From Eledone cirrhosa (taxonomy: Eukaryota): 64,000 bases of DNA. A model generated the notes under the pieces. That model saw only the letters and a list, made by a program, of their open reading frames with translations. It was not told the DNA's origin and made no database searches. The position numbers were made by a program, and so were the translations under genes. Below are positions 11,729-24,569 of the stretch, in pieces (positions within the stretch are counted from its first letter, which is position 1; each line of letters opens with the position of its first letter). Location: contig OZ024740.1 in assembly GCA_964016885.1 (NCBI GenBank), forward strand, positions 120,590,001 to 120,654,000. The letters run 5' to 3'.

Positions 11729-13639
11729 GAACAATGACGTGCCGGCGTTGTATGGGCTTCGAAAAGACCATAAAACGGGCTGTGACCCTGTCGCGGGACC
11801 ACCAACACGGCCAGTCTGTGGAGCTAACATTGCTAGTAACTACAGACTGTGCTACTTCCTCTCCCTGATCATACGCCCCATCATCGAAATGTCCCCAGAT
11901 GTATGTGACAGCACGGAGGACCTCCTCAGCAGAATCGGCGTGAGTAACCGATCTAGGGACCTAACAAACTGCATAATAGGTAGTATGGATGTTGTGTCCC
12001 TGTATCCATCTATTGACGTGGATTTTGCTGTGGAAAAATGCGTAGAAATGATCAGTGAGAGCAATGTTGAGTTCCGTGGGATTGATACCAGTGAGCTGGG
12101 ACTCCTACTTAAACTTACCTATAGTAATAATTACCTAGACACATATGACCTTAGCAACCTGTGCCCTACAAGACCAGCAAGAGGCAGACCACCTACCATT
12201 ACCTCAATGGCCAAGAAAACCCACACAGATAGATGGAACGGGTGGACCAGAGCCATACGGACACCCGAAAACCACGATGAACTGAAGAAAATGATTGCAC
12301 ATGCGGTAGGGGCCAGCATAAAACTAACCCTTAAGGAACATATGTTCAAATTTAATGGAAAAACATATGCCCAAGAGGAAGGAGCAGCCATTGGTGTCAG
12401 CATTGCAGGCGACATAGCTAACTTATTCATGGTATGGTGGGACAGTAGACTTAAACTTAAGCTTAAAGAACAATTAGAAGACCCCTTAACCCTGATAATA
12501 TACTCCCGCTACGTTGATGATATAAAAATCGTAGTTAAGACACCCCCACTAGAGAACAGTCAGGAACTAGAGAAAAACACAATGGAAAGCATCCAGCAAA
12601 TAGCTAACTCCATCCACCACAGCATTAGAGTTACTATAGACTACCCAAGTAAACACCCTAACCATCGATTACCTGTACGAGACACAGAGCTCTAGTTAGA
12701 TACCATTAACAACAAAAAACAAATCCTTCATTTCCATTATGCCAAACCCATGACTTCCAAACATCTGATCCACCGAAACTCGGCCGTTTCGGACCATACC
12801 AAAATCAACATACTGATTGCGGATTTGGTACGGGTGATGAGAAACGTGCCCCGCATGTGCAACCCCGAAGAACTAGAGAGACACATACAACACTTCATCC
12901 ACCGTATGCAGTTCTCTGGCTACAATCAGAGAGATAAAATCAGAGTGTATAGAGGTGCCAGAACCAAATGGGAAAAAATGGTAAATAATGACATAAATGG
13001 GACCTGCCCTTGTATAGGAGCAAATTTTGGAATAGAATAGAAAGAACTAGGAACAAGGCTAATAGAATAAACTCATGGTATGATAGCAATAAATACCAGA
13101 GTGTAATGTTCATCGATACAACCCCTAGAGGTGAATTAGCTTACAAATTTAGAAGGGCCCTAGATAAACATAAACTCAACATTAAGATAGTAGAAAGACC
13201 AGGTACCTCCGTAAAAACACTTATTAGCAAGACATACCCTTCTCAAAGACCCTCATGTATAGATAAGAAATGTATAACCTGTAAAATAAGCCCCCATATT
13301 AACTGTAAAACTAGAAATGTAGTGTATAGCATAAGATGTACTGAAGGACAATGTAGAGACAAAAATATAGTGTACATAGGTGAGACAGCTCGTAGTGTAG
13401 GGGAACGGATAAATGAACACTGGCGAGACTTTCAAGATAGTAAAGAATCACCTGTACTCTACCAACATGCTAAAATAGAACACAAGGGTAAATTAGAGAA
13501 CATAGAAATAAAAATAGAATTTACACACAGAAAAGACGCAATGTTTAGACAAATTACAGAGGCAATAAACATAAAAGAATTACAACCAAAATTAAATAGA
13601 AAATATGAGTGGAACAGCAACATCCCAACTTACAATTAA
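11729..13639 (+). pseudogene. PLE RT-GIY-YIG ORF, right arm (5'-truncated, TAG at ~12693, 1-bp deletion at ~13008)
   Basis: PALYGLRKDHK, PPTRPVC, SMDVVSLYPSI, a long insertion between RT motifs A and B, YVDD, and a C-terminal GIY-YIG with CCHH-like Cys/His residues. Confidence 0.9.
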
Positions 13640-13840
13640 GGACAAAATGAAAACACACACACACATAGAACAAACAACCAACCAGTAACATGTAAATAAA
13701 CAAATAAATAAATGAACATAAACACACTAAGACACCCGGATGTGGCGCATGCGCAGACTGAGCACACAACATACACACAGAAACAAAATGGCGTAGGACA
13801 GAACAAAGGAGAGGCACAGAAACAAAGAAAGGAATCCTCA

Positions 13841-13883
13841 GTCACTGAAGAGGTCACAGAGTATGTGACGAAAGAACTATGAC
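13841..13883 (+). ncRNA. Minimal type I hammerhead ribozyme in pLTR
   Basis: gtca CTGAAGA g gtcaca-gagta-tgtgac GAAA GAAC TA tgac. Confidence 0.8.
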
Positions 13884-14067
13884 AATATATAAACAACTAT
13901 CTGGTTGTGGAACCAACCAACCAACCAGAAATTTATAAATTTATTATAATAATAAATTGAAGTGAATGCTTCTGGTGCGTGTGTTTCTTATTGGCAACAT
14001 GACCCTCCCAAAGTATAACAATATATATATATATATATACATATATATATTTAACAATATATATATA

Positions 14068-14436
14068 TCATCATCATCACCGTTTTACGTCCGTTCTTCC
14101 ACGCTAGCATGGTTTGGACGGGTTGTCCTGTTGTGGGCAGTGTCTGGTCGGCTGACCATACCTTGCTCATACAGGAACTGATTTGACTTGATTTCTACAG
14201 CTGGATGCCCTACCTAACACCAACCTCATTTACAGTGAGTGCTGGGTGCTTTTTCGTAGTGCCTACACGTCCACTTTACAGTGTGGGCTGGGTGCTTTTT
14301 TGCCGTGGCACCTCCACGACCACATTGCAGTGGGAGTGTGTGGGGCATATTGTCTATATGCTTCAGCTTGTACCCATGGGAGGTCGGGTACTCTGTATAA
14401 CTGCGTGATGCCAGAGGTCACGGTCGTGTGTCATCA
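14068..14436 (-). mobile_element. SINE with V-like AGGAAGGGCATCCAGCTGTAGAAA domain and RTE-type (TGA)n tail
   Basis: Matches 19592-19854. Internal tandem AAAAAGCACCCAGC.CACACTGTAAA units. Flanked by a TAACAATATATATATAT duplication. Confidence 0.8.
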
Positions 14437-14470
14437 TATATATATATATAACAATATATATATATATATA

Positions 14471-14800
14471 AATTAGGTAGTAACATGTACTTACGTCATA
14501 TTTGACTAAATAAAATTTGTCTGTTAGTTGGGATTAAAAAAATCGTATTGACGTACATGGAACATGAACCCACAGCTTTGGTTTGCTGGACTAATGTGAT
14601 ATTACACGAACACACCACACATGGCTTCATGTCCCCTGTACGTCAATACTAATCCTTTATTCCATTCAGAGGTGTTTTTTTAAATCCTAACTAACAGAGT
14701 CATTTTATTTAGTGAAATACGGCATAAGCACATGTTACTACCTAATTTTCAAATGTGCTAGCTGTTTGCAAACAAAGCCTGCTTCGTGTCTCCCTATTTA
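14471..14800. mobile_element. Fold-back insertion (arms 14471-14747) with one-sided tail, in (TA)n
   Basis: AATTAGGTAGTAACATGT / ACATGTTACTACCTAATT and GTATTGACGTACA / TGTACGTCAATAC. Confidence 0.75.
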
Positions 14801-15274
14801 TATACATATATATATAAATACACACACACACATATGCACATGAATATACATATGTCCATATATTGTAATAATACAGACTTAATTAGATTATTGATTGATT
14901 GAGGAAACAACCGAAGCTGTAACCAGTCAATTCGAAAAGCTTCGTCCCTTAATCATTTTAACTCCCATGGGACTAAACTGCATTTAAATTCTTTCTCACT
15001 CTGTTTATTCCAGTTCAATTTAATTATTGTTTGCTACCCCAAAAATTTGATATCAATGCTCAGTCTCCAAGGTTGTCACATGAAGCTTCATTTGTCTCGT
15101 CCTAGAATTTAATTTTTTGGGGGCATTTACATCACAAATGATATCTATATATACACGAGTTAACTCCAATTATAAACCAAACCCTAAAGTTTTCATATTG
15201 CCATTGTTTCATGACCTAAAAATATTAAATAGCACTTGGGTCAAATAACTCCTGATGCTATGTACCATACATTC

Positions 15275-15375
15275 GAGGTTGACTTTGCCTTTCATCCTTA
15301 CGGGGTCGATAAAATAAAGTACCAGTAATGCACTCTGGGTAATTGCTGGCCTTGTGCCTAAAGTAGAAACAATTA
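15275..15375 (+). mobile_element. Meta-core SINE 3' half
   Basis: GAGGTTGACTTTGCCTTTCATCCTTACGGGGTCGATAAAATAAAGTACC. Confidence 0.8.
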
Positions 15376-17217
15376 TATGCCATATGATACACAGAAAGAG
15401 AATTCTAGCTACCTGAAATCTTTATATAGTATTTTTAAATCTTGGTTCCTATATTTTACACATATGAAAATATAGTAACCAAGATACAGTGTTTTGTATA
15501 TCATAATAAGGTTGTGAGTTCGATCCCTAGTAGCATGTTGTCTCCTTCTGCAAGATATTGTATTTCATATTACTCAAGGTCCTTTCAAGGAAAAACTTTG
15601 TCAGGCATTGTCTAAGGCTGAATCTTCCTGAAAACTATATTAACAATACACATATCAGAGGAACACTCAATCACTTGCACTTTGATTTCACTTGCAAGTT
15701 ATTTCTTTGACTGAATAAACTAAACCACTAATCATTGAAACCACCAATTGAGATACAACATAAACAAACATCCTCCTCCTCACTACTACTATCATCTTCT
15801 TCTTCTAATTTCTGCTTTCTCTATTAGCAAGGGTTGAACAGGTCGCCAGGACCAAGCCAATACTTAACTGAAGGTACTGACCTCTAAGACAAGCAGGGAC
15901 CACATCACACTGTACAGAGTATACCTGGTGCATTTTATCAATGCTCCTGCACTAGGATGGTTGCTATGTCTAACACAAGAGTCCTCTCAAACATTTGTTT
16001 GGTAGGATATTCACAATCTAGGTATAAAAGTGCACATGTGAGTAAATCTGTATAACTTTATAATGACTTGAAGGTGATACACAACATTGAATTTGTAATG
16101 AAATTTATAATGGTTACCACATATTAGTGACTGGAGTAAGTATATTATATTGATTGTCCTGTTTGAATTTAATTATATTGTGATTGGTCCTAACACATAC
16201 ATCCACACTCATACACACGTGTGTGTTAATATGCATACACTCACAAACCTACACATACGTTTGTTCATACACGTTCATGTGTACATGTGCACACACACAT
16301 ACACACACACCAATCTAGTAAACTCTGACACTTTGATATCCTCTAAGCATCAACCGATAAACTTATTTTATAGACCTAAGTACATTATTTTATTTTATTT
16401 TATTTTCTTGTGTTAAAATAGTAATTAATAGAATATAATTAAAAAAGTTGCAAACACACCAGTGCAATAGCTAAAACCTAATCAGTAATCAGAAGTCTTT
16501 TGATAGTGAATGTGCTGACATGTGCGGGTTGGTGTGAGTTAATGTGGTGTGTACTGGTATACAGCAATGAAGGTAATGTTGGAGGTGGTGACTTAGTCTA
16601 GTTTTAATTTAATTCTATTTTTCATTTCTTTGGCTATCATTACTGGTTTTATCGTACACACTCTACTTTCTGTTTTGCTAGGAATGTATGCGAGTAGCAA
16701 ATTACTTGCTTTGCTACATCATATATAACATAAGCTGTTTAATTTCCAGTGTTAAGAAAGATGTCGAGTCTTTAAAAAATGCCAGATTTAATTGTTATCA
16801 CCTGAATTAACAAGAAGAATTTTAAAAATCTGTGTGAAAATGTATGCAAATGGGTTTGAGTGTACACAAATAAATAGGAGATATAGCTAAATGGTTAAGA
16901 AGTTTGCTTCACAATAATGAGATTCTGGGTTTGATCCTACAGCAGTGCATCTTGAGCAGGTGACTTTAAAATAGCTGTGAGTTGATCAGAGCTTTGTGAT
17001 TGAAATTGGATCAACATAAACTGTAAGGCAGGCATTTGGATAAATTCTCCCTATACTCCAAAGGTCCAGCCTAGTCACATATTGCATCACTTTCATTTGC
17101 AAGAGACTTATGAAAGACATACATGTTTTTGTTGAATACTCTACCATTTACCCTACATGAGTACACCTTCATTATCATCAATGTTTAATGTCCACTTTCC
17201 CTGCTAGCAAAGGTTTG

Positions 17218-17248
<31 letters not shown>

Positions 17249-19591
17249 TACGGAACCTGCATCCCATAATCTCAAAATGAGGTGATATTTATCTCAACTG
17301 TCTCTGCTCTTGCTTCCAACTCATGACCATTGCACTCTTTCCCTTCCTTGGTACTTTATATAGATTTATTTGCACAGCTGTTGTATGGTTGCATTCGTTT
17401 ATATTGGTTTCAATCATTAGACAGTGGCAAAGCTGGGGCACCACCTTAAAATCTAAGTTATAGGACACACACATTACACACATGCACATAAAACACATAC
17501 ACATAGACATGCATGCACATACATGCAAAGCACTTCCTCAGTTTCTCTTTGCTAAATTCCACTCACAAGGCGGTAGTCAACCTAAGGCTTTAACAAAAGA
17601 TACTTGTCCAAAGTATTGTGCAGTAGGATTGAACTTAGAACCAGGTCATGCTTATTTGTTACTCTGTCTGTGAATCCATTATTTCCCCCTAGTATTGAAC
17701 TCTACACTACCTCTCTTATGTCAAAATCCAGTTTTAGAACATTCTTACCACATTGTGTAATGCCAACAAAGCACACACATCTTATGTATCTTTTTATCAT
17801 CTTTTACAATCTGTTGAAGGATAAAATCAGACTTTCCACTCCTCACGGCAATTAAACCTATTTTACATTCACTGAACTCTTCTTACGACTTATTGTTTTG
17901 TCAGATTCCCGAATTTACCCTATTATATTATATATTTGAGAAATGCACTGAGAGATTTCGGCTTCAATCATCCATAGCCTTCTCTACATCAATTTATAAC
18001 TTGGAGATAATGGTGAGAAAGATAGAAAGGATCAAAGCATAGAGAAAGAAAAATGCTTAAAAAATTCTGCTCAAGTAAAAGTGAATAACTGTACAGAATT
18101 ATTATAAACAATGATGAGGGATATGTGTATGTGAGAGAGCATGGGAGTGTGTGATGTATATGCATGCATGCATGTATAGATTTTCATTGAAACTTGTTTA
18201 ATGTTTCCTGTTGAAACAGTTTTTTTTGCGCTTTTGTTTCTTTTCCACTCCAGTCTTGTTCTTTATAACATATATACATATTTAAGAAGCCATGTAAGGC
18301 ACCATTGAATGAATAACAATGATATTCACTAGTATGGCTGTGTGGCTAAGAAGTTTTATTTACAAGCATGTGGTTTCAAGTTTGATACACATGAGTATGT
18401 ATGCTTGTATGTATATATGAATGTATGGTGGAGTGCATGAGTGTGTATGCCTGTGTTCATGTGTGTTTATCTCTGTGCATCTTTACAATTGACAATGCTT
18501 GAGAAGTGGTGAAATTTGGTTGTGTCACATATAAACAAATTTTCCACAGCTCAATACAATAAAATATTTTATTTGAAAACAAAAAGTCAACATCAGAAAG
18601 GGCATCTGACCAAATCATGCTGCTTCAACAAATCTTTTCTAACACATAACAACATGGAAAAAGCTGATTTAGAAATGCTGATATAAGCATGTATTTCATT
18701 CTGATTTGGTAGATAAGTGGAGTATTGCAGTAATTCAGACATCTACTTTTCTTGATAAGATAACAACTAAATATTCATAAGCATCCAAATAATGCATATT
18801 ATGGTAATTAGTAAGAAAGCAGACAATTAACAATGATTAATGCATGTTATATGTTCCTCATGATATTAGTATTTTTTACTTCATATTTTTATAAAGCATG
18901 CAAATAACTCGTAATATGGTATTTATACTGCAACAAATGTATTTAAATTAATCCTGAAATCAATATTTCTAAGAGATATTCATGAACCAAACAAAACTGA
19001 AATGAATAAACTATATTATATGGCATATCTCTCTAAAATAAACATCGATACATATAGAAATCATATTTTTTTTAATATAATAGTATCTTCTGAAACTAGA
19101 GGAGCACATATCAATGATGTCAATTACCTATTATCATTACAAATATCAACTCGTTTTCAGAGCTTATATGGCATATGATTTATTGGTTTGGGTGTTTGGT
19201 TCATGATCATAAGATCCTGAGTTTGATGCCTGGCAGCATGTACTTCAGCAAGACATTTTTCCCCATTGTTTCAGTCCACTCAGCCTGAACAAATGAGTTG
19301 TACCTGTAGTTCAAAGGCTAGCATTGTAACACAATGTGTCCTGCTAAATTTCCCTGAGAACTATATTAAAGGTACATGTTTATGGAATACTCAACCACTT
19401 GCATGTTAATTTTCATGAGCAGGCTGTTCTTTTATTTGATAAACTATAACACACAGCTCCGCTCCATTTCAAGGCTTGTAAACAAGTTTATAAATAAAAG
19501 GCTCTGCAAATTGAAAGACTAATTTAATCATGATTTACTAAGTTTGTCTCCAGGAATTAATGAAATTTGTTTTGGGATATAATTTAAGTAC

Positions 19592-19854
19592 TTAACGCAA
19601 GGTGGTCGTGGAGGTGCCACGGCAAAAAAGCACCCAGCCCACACTGTAAAGTGGACGTGTAGGCGCCACGAAAAAGCACCCAGCACTCACTGTAAATGAG
19701 GTTGGTGTTAGGAAGGGCATCCAGCTGTAGAAATCAAGCCAAATCAGTTCCTGTATGAGCAAGGCATGGTCAGCCGACCAGACACTGCCCACAACAGGAC
19801 AACCCATCTAACCCATGCTAGCGTGGAAGAACGGACGTAAAACGGTGATGATGA
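19592..19854 (+). mobile_element. SINE 3' part with RTE-type tail
   Basis: Near-identical to the reverse complement of 14068-14330. Confidence 0.8.
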
Positions 19855-20269
19855 AGTTGAACGGTTAACATCTTGTAATGATTTAGCAGAATATATCAAA
19901 AGATTAGTTCCTCAATTCATATGGTTTTCTTTGTTAGTGGACAGATTGTTGTGAAAATTTGCAATAAACTAAATTAATGACTTCAATTTTTAATGTGATG
20001 TAGGCATAGCGTTCAGTCCTTTTGAAGGATGCCTTGCTAATATGGTTTCATGTAGTGCAGTATGTTAAAAGTTAAAATGAATATTAGTTTCCAGTTGTTA
20101 TATTTTAATTTTCTCTACAAGTGAATGGAGTTCCACTGAAGCAGGTGAAGAAGTTCATGTATCTCAGAGCCATGTTCAAAAGTAATGGAAGGAGGAGGTT
20201 GAATTAAGTGCAAGTATTGCAGGATATAGTGCAGTGATGTGCCAGCTTCAGCATTTGGTAATTAGAAGA

Positions 20270-20580
20270 AGGGAGGTAGGTGTAAAAGCCAAACTCGCTA
20301 TCTTCAATTCGGTATTCGTGTCAACCCTTACCTATGGTCATGAATCTTGGTTAATGACTGAAAGAATACAATCATGAATATGAGCAGCTAGAGTGGTGTT
20401 CCTCCAACAGGTCTTTGTAGTAGCATTACATGATAGAGTGCATAGCTCGGAGATCAGAGAGTCACTCCAGTTAGAGACGTTACTTCTCCAAAATGACAGA
20501 TCACATCTCCAATACTATGGACATGTGATTAGAATGTCTCAGGAAAGAATGCCTAGATAGATTTTACAGGCAAACCAACC
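20270..20580 (+). mobile_element. RTE-like LINE fragment (second family)
   Basis: KAKLAIFNSVFVSTLTYGHESW...EIRESLQ...YYGHVIRM..ERMPR; related fragment at 53400-53580. Confidence 0.75.
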
Positions 20581-23052
20581 GTGAATTAGTGTAAGCAGAA
20601 GAAAAAAAAAGAAAAAAAGAAGAAAAAGTGGAAGAAAGGAAGAAGCAGAAGAACAAAAAGTAAAGGATGTGTATATCATGTTTTAATAAATTAACGAAAA
20701 TGTCTTAGCTTTCACTAATTACAATCATTATCAGTACTTATACACTGTTAATATATACATATTGCCTTCAGTTAAACTTAATGCAGTTATCTCTTGTAAA
20801 ATGCAGCATATTGGAGAGCACTATGTTATAACAATTTTTATGATAATCAACATAGTCATTCATATTGCTTGCGGGTGGGTTTTTTAAACAGAAATTTGTT
20901 AATCCAACAGTAAAACCATAGTTTCTTTTTACATGTTTTACAATTTCACTTTATCTTTATCTAAAATAATAGCCACTAACCAAACAATTACACTTGTTTC
21001 ATCCAGTGGGCATCATGATCACCACCATTACAAGCCCCATTATCATTTTAACTCCATTTTCCATACTGACGTGTTAGACAGGTCATCATGCTCTGAGTTA
21101 AGACAGGTAGGATATCCACATCTTGCTCATAAGTTCCATATTTTGACATACTCTCTATTGTTGGAAGCCCTTCTTACTGCCAGCCAGTTTACCGAATGTA
21201 TTGGGTGCTTTTTATCAAATCACTAATTCAATTAACGTGCCATAATAATTTTAGTTATTTTTATTTCTTTTGGTATGTTCTAATCCACATAACTGTCTCA
21301 AAAAACATACCAGCCTTTCTCAACTAGTATACTACATATACATTTATTTTTATTGTTTTTCCTTTAAAGAATATTTCTACCTTAAAGCTAAAAATAAGTG
21401 TGTACATGTTCAAATATCTTATTCCAGGACAAAAAAGCAGGAAAGCAGACATTATTCACAAGGTGAAATGCAATATAAATTTTACATATGTAAAATGAAC
21501 CCAGTCTGAGTTTTATGATGTGATAGGATGTTGTGTAGATAGTGTGTGATTGTGTGTGACATGACATGGTGGGTGTGTGTGGGCATGTGGTGCTAAAGAA
21601 TGACCTGTTCTTTTATATTTCCCAATACACATATTGATTTACTTTACAACTTCACTACATAGAAAGAATATGCAGAAAATAACTATATCTTGGAATTTAC
21701 CATTATTGATGTCATATTTCACTTGAATATATATATCAATATAAAAGAAGTGGAAACAAAAAAGAAAGAAGAAAGTTAATAATAAATATGTAATATTTAC
21801 ATGTTTATAGAATCAGTTGTGTATTGTGACATCAACATCAATCAACTGCACTTCTATATTTGTAGTTAATTCTTGTTTTTTTTAAATCGTGAATGCAAAG
21901 ATGTGTGGGTGGATGCAATATTCAGAAATTTTTGAAGAAATTTGTCCAGCTTTCATGCAAATCGAGTAAATCTTTTGATATCTGACATGTTCTGATCTCA
22001 TTGGAAGCATGTTCAATGCTTTTAACAAAAATCGCTAATACAAGGAATTTAACAATACCAATTGATTGCAGACACTTTACAGAAGAAATAATGCTTTTAT
22101 ATTTTCGTCCAGTAGTTCACGTTTTATCTTAAAAGACAAGCAGTTCAAAGATAGCAATAATTCTCAGAGTAGTTTCCATATCTAAATAATGTACTTGACA
22201 GATTCTTAGATACAATGTAGCAGGAAGCAGAAAGCCCATTTTTACTGTCTATGAACTATACTTATTTATACTACATTCAACATTTAAATTTTTTTTTTTT
22301 AACAATATCAAGATAAATTTTCTTGCTGATATATTAAAATAATATCAGATTATATAACTCCTGTGACACACTTACTTCCAACTTTTAAATATGTTATTTG
22401 CATTGTTAGAGCTCAAGAAAATAGGTTAATGAGTAACTATCCAGCAAAGTTAATGACCAGATTCTAATCAAAACCTTTGGTGCCCTCAGTTTTCAGATTG
22501 CTATTCTCTTTCACCAGTTCATACCTAAGGAATGTGACCTGTGGTTTTGAATGGCTGATGCACACTGAATTGTTGATTATTCTCCATAGCAATGTATTCA
22601 GAGTTTCTGTTGAGATATATCATTCAGCTTAAAGTGAAGAGTTTGCTTCTTCCTCATTTTCTCTCCATTTTTCTTCTTTCTTTCCTTTCTCTTTTGTTTT
22701 GTCATTATGATATTGTAAAACACATTTTGAAAATTTCATATGAATAAATATATAGAAGTAAGCATTTTATATACAAAAACAGATAATATATTATACAATA
22801 TTAAATGAAGCCCCTAAATTTAATAAAGGGTTATAACTATCATGATGTGACACACCTCACTCTTTAATGCCACCTATTTTTGAGCACACAAAAGATTCAT
22901 TTTGTATGAATGTCTAAGTTGAGGAATTATCATTCTTATAGAGATTATAATACTATATAGTAATCATTTTTAAAAACACTTCCGAACTTTTGATAAAACT
23001 TTAGAATAAATGGAAAGAAAATGCTCCCGTGCACATGTATGCCCCCCCCCCC

Positions 23053-23106
<54 letters not shown>

Positions 23107-24494
23107 CCAGGCTTTATATGGAGAACTAGTTGACTAGCAATGAAATAGATCTCAATGCAAATGATTGGAAATATGAACAGAACAGCCAAGTACAAGTATA
23201 ATAATTCTTTATTACTTGCTTCAATGATGCACCATATATAGCTAGAATATTTATTTCAACACATTCTCAGTGGAACAAAGAACAAAATCTCCTTGAGAAC
23301 ACTCACATATATAAGCATCTGTGTGCACACACACACTGGTGCCAGAATAAAATGAACACGATACACTCTGAATTGGTTGTTGATCAAAAAGAGACAATAT
23401 AGAGTAGAGGGGACTTTTCACTTATACTAAGAACATAACATCCTTTCTAGTTTTGGGAGCCACAAAATGCACTCAGTACACTCTGAAAACTGATAATGCT
23501 GGTGCTATGATAAAATATATTTTGTACACTCTGTAAAATGTTTAAAATTTGAAGGGAAAACCAGCCATAGAATTCATGCCAAAATATAGGATATCTAAAC
23601 AAGATGATGTTTCAACCTATCTAGTCACAGACTATTATAATATATACAAACCATGTCAGAGCATGGAAAGCAGCTTTTAAACAATGATGATCAACACGGA
23701 GAGAAGAGATACCTTTTTGTCTATTTTGTTTATTTATAAAGGCCATTTTATATTTTATTGGTACATTTTAATTATTAAACCCTTGACCTACAAATTGCTA
23801 AACACTGTATGAATAGCAGAAATTAATATATGTATATATATATATATATATGAAAATAATAAAAATATCGTTTGCAGCAACTTTATTGAATGAAGTGTTT
23901 TGCTTTCAAACATAAAGAGAGTAGTATACAAGCAGTATTAGATAAGGTATGATCTCAACAGTATCTGATCATACCTTCAAGATAATAATCTTAAGAGATA
24001 TCTCAAATTTTTTTTCACTCTGTTTTTGCATTTTATCTACTTATTATTTTTTCATTTGGCATTTTAAGTGTTATCAGGATATTCTCAGTAACAAGAATAT
24101 TCTTTAATGATAGAGTATAAGAATTAACTGCTTCAAGATTTTTTTCCCAGTCATGAATTTGCAGACACATTTATCAATTGTTCAGAAAGATAACGTTGTC
24201 AATAGGTTGTTTCTTAAATCATTAACCTCCAATTGAACATAAATTTTTATCTTGAATTTTGACAAGAAAATTAGGTTTTGCGTTTGTGGCTGACCTTGTA
24301 AACAATATTTTCACCAGATAGGTGCAATATTTTAATTTTTTTTACGTATTTTATTTCCAAAGTGCTACAGATATTTAAATGGGATGGTCCCCCCCACCCC
24401 ACCCGTTAAACTTCATGATTAATGAGAATGGTTCAAATCTGCATGAAAATGTGATGAAATACACATGTGTTAAAGAATGGTTAACAGTTCCAAT

Positions 24495-24569
<75 letters not shown>

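Larger units (their letters stand above)
9530..14019. mobile_element. Naiad-like Penelope-like element as a head-to-head palindrome (arms 9530-11697 and 11852-14019)
   Basis: The ~2.17-kb arms are near-identical reverse complements. Both end in the pLTR terminus ...CCCTCCCAAAGTATAAC abutting (TA)n. Confidence 0.95.

Noticed and set aside
9909-13639. Selenocysteine recoding as in some Naiads
   Set aside because: The observed stops are TAA/TAG private to one arm; no shared in-frame TGA occurs in the region present.
9530-14019. Palindrome as a sequencing fold-back artefact
   Set aside because: The arms differ by many substitutions, the spacer holds unique ORF sequence, and the same architecture recurs in other families.
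23851-24350. Weak inverted repeat and an ENIVYK GIY-like peptide
   Set aside because: Similarity is limited to short AT-rich patches.
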